A stretch of DNA of 64,000 nucleotides from Cyanobacteriota bacterium (GTDB lineage Bacteria > Cyanobacteriota > Cyanobacteriia > Thermostichales > Thermostichaceae): the NCBI GenBank assembly GCA_033764955.1, contig JANRIL010000015.1, positions 1 through 64,000 on the forward strand, read 5' to 3'. Shown here piece by piece: positions 60,441 to 64,000 of the stretch. The notes below the pieces were generated by a model, which was not told the DNA's origin, did not search any database, and saw only the letters and a list, made by a program, of their open reading frames with translations. Position 1 is the stretch's first letter, and each line of letters opens with the position of its first letter. The position numbers were made by a program, and so were the translations under genes.

Positions 60441-61730
60441 TTATCCTCCTGCCGGAGGAGCTTGTTGTTGCAACATGGCGGCATCGATGATGGGAGCGCC
60501 ATCAAAGATTTTTTGCAGCCCCGATACGACGATCTTTTGTTGTGGTTCTAGTCCGGAGAGGACTTGGTAGTTATTGCCTTGCAGGGATCCCAATTGCACG
60601 GGCTTTTGGGCAGCGATCAGCCCAGGTGGTTGATCGCTGGTAGGAGTCTGCCCATCGGGGGCAGGGGTGGGGGGCGGGGCGGGCTGCACGGTAAAGACGA
60701 AGGTTTGTCCGGCCACGCGAGAAACGGCGGTGAGGGGAATCACCAGGCTGGAGTCCGATTGCCAAACCAGACGCGTGCGGATCAGTTGATCGGGGCGAAG
60801 GGATCCCTGAGCATTGGGATAGGCGGCTTTCACCAGAACTGACTGGGTACTGAGATCAGCTTCGGGAGCAATAAAGGAGATTTGGCTAGTACCGACCACT
60901 TCGTTTTGGTCATCCAAAATTTCGATAGGAGTGCCGATTTGAATTTTGGGGGCGCGGGTGAGTGGAATGTTAATGGAAAGTTCGAGGGATTGCTGTTGAC
61001 TGAGGGTGGTCAAGGTGGTTTGGGGGGTGACATAATTGCCGACTTTCACGGGCACATCCCCTACGATGCCCGCAAAGGGAGCCACCACCTGATAAAACTG
61101 CAACTGCACTTCCTGTTCGACGGCATCCGCTTGTGCCTGTTGTAGATCTCGCTCGGCACGGGCAACGGCTGCTTCCTGCGAACGAATGCGTTCTTCCTGA
61201 GCGGCAAGGGACGCTTCGGCCATCCGTAAATCGCGGGTACTTTGATCGAGGGTATCGCGGGTAATGGCTCCCTCTTCAAACAGGCTGCTATTGCGGGTTT
61301 GTAGATCTTGGTTATACTCCAGGTCGGCCAGTAAGGTCAGGCGATCCGCTTGGGCTGAACTCAAGTCGGCTTTGGCACTGTCCAGATTGGCACGAGCGGC
61401 TTCGATCCCTGCCGTGCGGCTATTGACGGTTGCCTGCTGCTGGGCTGGGTTGATCTGGAAGAGGGGAGTATTGGCGGCAACTGGATCCCCTAGCTGGACA
61501 AAGACTTGCGTGACTTGACCACTCACCTGTGGGTTGATCGCCGCAAACTGCCGCGATCCAACACTGGCGACAAACTCGGAACTGTCTTCGATCATGGCTT
61601 GCCCGACTTCGGCGATTTCTACCGGAGTAGCTTGTGGCTCCTGCTGAGAGGTGGCTTGGAGACCAGTGGCTTGGCACGCGGACAAGGCTAGTGCCATGGT
61701 CATAATCGGTAAAATTTTAGGTAGATGCAT
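60441..61730 (-). CDS. RND periplasmic adaptor (membrane fusion lipoprotein)
   Basis: Lipobox LSAC, PQVSG.V, coiled-coil hairpin, APFAG.VG. Confidence 0.92.
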   Translation of the reverse strand: MHLPKILPIMTMALALSACQATGLQATSQQEPQATPVEIAEVGQAMIEDSSEFVASVGSRQFAAINPQVSGQVTQVFVQLGDPVAANTPLFQINPAQQQATVNSRTAGIEAARANLDSAKADLSSAQADRLTLLADLEYNQDLQTRNSSLFEEGAITRDTLDQSTRDLRMAEASLAAQEERIRSQEAAVARAERDLQQAQADAVEQEVQLQFYQVVAPFAGIVGDVPVKVGNYVTPQTTLTTLSQQQSLELSINIPLTRAPKIQIGTPIEILDDQNEVVGTSQISFIAPEADLSTQSVLVKAAYPNAQGSLRPDQLIRTRLVWQSDSSLVIPLTAVSRVAGQTFVFTVQPAPPPTPAPDGQTPTSDQPPGLIAAQKPVQLGSLQGNNYQVLSGLEPQQKIVVSGLQKIFDGAPIIDAAMLQQQAPPAGG

Positions 61731-62234
61731 AAACCCCCAATGCTGGACTCTTCCTGAGTCGTGGTTGATGAGTGGCTTGCTTAGTGGCGGGTTAATGGCT
61801 GCGGGTATTTCAGCCTATTGCGGAACATATGTATTGTGGCAACTGCCCCTGCAAGCGCAGTAAAAGTGAACCCCTAAACGAATGAGTTGAGTAGTGAATC
61901 GCCTTAGCCGTGATTTTGCTAACCAACCTAATCCCTTTGGATCCCTTAGCCTATACACAATAAAGCTTGACTTTCATAATCTTTCTAAGTCACGATAAAG
62001 GATTCTGAGGTAGTAGTTGGTTTTAAAGGTGGGATCAGCCCCAATACCTTCAACATCCTCTTCGTTCCTGCAACCGAAGGGGATCCCTATGAAAGATGAA
62101 GAGAGGGGATGCTTCAATTCTCTTGAGAGCTAGCCTAATGCCTCTATGCCAATTTTGAATGATATAGACCATCATGGGAGAGAAATGGGAGAGAATAAAG
62201 AAGGAACTGTTCCCAATATGCTGGACAAAAAGTT

Positions 62235-62771
62235 ATGGCAGTGAGGAGGAACCTAAGTAAGGTAGTGGAAAAATTCTTTCAATCACTGCAAGATGACCAG
62301 AGATTTTTGCAAGATCTGCAATGGTTTGTCGGCATTGTCTCTCGCCTCTTAGCCCTGATCATGATTGTGGTCATCCTGGTTATGTTGGTTGATCTCGTTA
62401 TCTTTCTATGGAAAATGATGTTTACTGGCACTAGTTTTCTCTTGGGAACCGTAACAGAGGTATTTGGGGCTTTTTTAAGCATTTTGATTGCCATCGAACT
62501 ATTAGAAAACATTACTGCTTATCTCAAAGAACACACCATTCAAATTAAGTTGGTCATCGTTACCTCCCTGATCGCGGTTGCTCGTAAGATCATTTTGCTG
62601 GATTTTGAAAAAGTCTCAGGCGTAGATCTAATTGGCTTGGGGTTATCGATCGCAGCTCTATCCCTCAGCTACTGGATTGTGCACACTACCCAGCAGCCAA
62701 ACCGGGGATCCCCTAACAACCCTCTGCTACCCAGGGATCCAGAGGGGGTTAGCGGTGAGGAACGTGGATAG
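62235..62771 (+). CDS. PsiE family membrane protein
   Basis: FG.FL.ILIAIELLENITAYL, TSLIAVARKII. Confidence 0.85.
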   Translation: MAVRRNLSKVVEKFFQSLQDDQRFLQDLQWFVGIVSRLLALIMIVVILVMLVDLVIFLWKMMFTGTSFLLGTVTEVFGAFLSILIAIELLENITAYLKEHTIQIKLVIVTSLIAVARKIILLDFEKVSGVDLIGLGLSIAALSLSYWIVHTTQQPNRGSPNNPLLPRDPEGVSGEERG

Positions 62772-62974
62772 CCCTCTGCACAGGATCTAATGTGGGGATT
62801 GAGACAGGGCTGAATCTAAGTATAAATTCCTATCATTTTCCCAAAAATGGAGAGATCCAGAGCTTGACAAAAAAAACTTTTCGATCGCCACAAATTAACT
62901 GGAAATGACTCTTGTTGTTGCGTATAAAGTAAGCGAGATTAGTTATAGCAGGCTTTATATTACCTCCCATATCC

Positions 62975-64000
62975 ATGTCCGCTGTGCGTGGCTCTTCCCC
63001 CCTTGTCGCATGGCTCAGTAGGCTTCAGGCACCTGCTGAGAATATTTTGTTGTTGTTGGCTGCCTTGGTTGGCTTAGGAACCGGTCTGGCGGTTGTCGGA
63101 TTTCGCTACCTGATCGGCTTTTTTCGATATGTATTGCAGGATACTATTATCTTGCCCTTAACCGGGTGGGGCAGTTGGACAATTGCCCTCTTGCCTGCTT
63201 TGGGAGGATTGTTGGTGGGGATCCTGCTATGGTATCGCCCCTTAGCTTCCGCCAACTTGCCCAGTCTATTGGGGGTGGCTCGTCAAGAGCGAGTTCCTAT
63301 CACGCGGATCCCGTTTAAGCTCTTAACGGCAGCGATTTCGCTAGGGGCAGGAGCCTCCCTTGGTCCTGAAGCCCCCAGTGTGGAAAGTGGCGGATTGATT
63401 GGTCTTTGGCTGGGTCAACAGCTTAAGTTTTCCTCGGAGCGAATCAATCTGTTGGTGGGAGCGGGGGCGGCTGCCGGACTGGCCGCCGGATTTAATGCCC
63501 CGATTGCTGGGGTTTTTTTGGCGTTGGAATTAGTGCTAGCCAGTTCGTTCACGACGGCAACCGTGAGTGTAGTGGTTTTGGCGGCTGTCATTTCCTCCTT
63601 GACCGCTCAGGTGGGCTTGGGGGCACAGCCTGCTTTTATGCTGCCTGCCTACACGCAGCCCGCCTTTGTTTTGCCTGCCTACGAAGTGCGGAGCCTCTTG
63701 GAATTGCCCTGTTATCTGGGGCTGGGTTTGTTAGCCAGTTTGGTATCAATTGCCTTTGGTTATTGCCTGAACTGGGGTAAACAACTGTTTCAGGGGCAAC
63801 TTCCCGGATTAGAGGTGATGGGAGGGATCCCGTCCCTCTTCAAACCGATGGTGGGGGGACTAGGTATTGGTCTTTTGGGGTTAGGCTTACCCCTAGGTTT
63901 AGGGGTGGGGTATGAAACCATTGAATCCCTTCTCCAGGCGGTGCCCTTTTCCTTGGGAAGCTTGGCGTTGCTGCTGTTGGGCAAAGTGTTGATGACCGCG
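62975..64000 (+). CDS. ClC family chloride channel/transporter (5' part; runs off the window)
   Basis: Open frame from ATG 62975; GASLGPEAP, AAGFNAPIAGV..ALE, GVGYE. Confidence 0.9.
   Translation, partial: MSAVRGSSPLVAWLSRLQAPAENILLLLAALVGLGTGLAVVGFRYLIGFFRYVLQDTIILPLTGWGSWTIALLPALGGLLVGILLWYRPLASANLPSLLGVARQERVPITRIPFKLLTAAISLGAGASLGPEAPSVESGGLIGLWLGQQLKFSSERINLLVGAGAAAGLAAGFNAPIAGVFLALELVLASSFTTATVSVVVLAAVISSLTAQVGLGAQPAFMLPAYTQPAFVLPAYEVRSLLELPCYLGLGLLASLVSIAFGYCLNWGKQLFQGQLPGLEVMGGIPSLFKPMVGGLGIGLLGLGLPLGLGVGYETIESLLQAVPFSLGSLALLLLGKVLMTA

Overview
Cyanobacterial chromosomal DNA (psb28, petB/petD, ctpA, nblB-like, phycobiliprotein lyase). It is saturated with the octamer GGGATCCC, the HIP variant known from the hot-spring Synechococcus OS-A/OS-B' (Thermostichus) lineage. 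Most of the window is housekeeping: tRNA-Asn, sdhA, surE, a polyamine-type ABC transporter, pstSCAB, gcvH, ubiA-like, speA, pyrC, dxr, dapA, RNase J, purA, hisA, an RND pump and a partial ClC channel. The standout feature is an integron-type gene cassette array with no integrase in the window (about 9940-14602). It has five cassettes, each ending in an attC-like site, inserted between a fructosamine kinase gene and sdhA. The cassettes carry an AbrB-Doc toxin-antitoxin pair, an orphan protein with a HEPN-type RxxxxH motif, an AAA+/STAND-like ATPase, a small membrane protein, and an antitoxin plus broken vapC. A second layer of structure is a set of ORF-less IS200/IS605 right-end (TnpB omegaRNA-like) modules at about 0.2, 1.9, 49.7 and 55.4 kb. 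An ACT-domain pseudogene, a small single-TM ORF and a low-GC HTTM island were also found. All calls were made by eye from the sequence and ORF track; no database searches were run.
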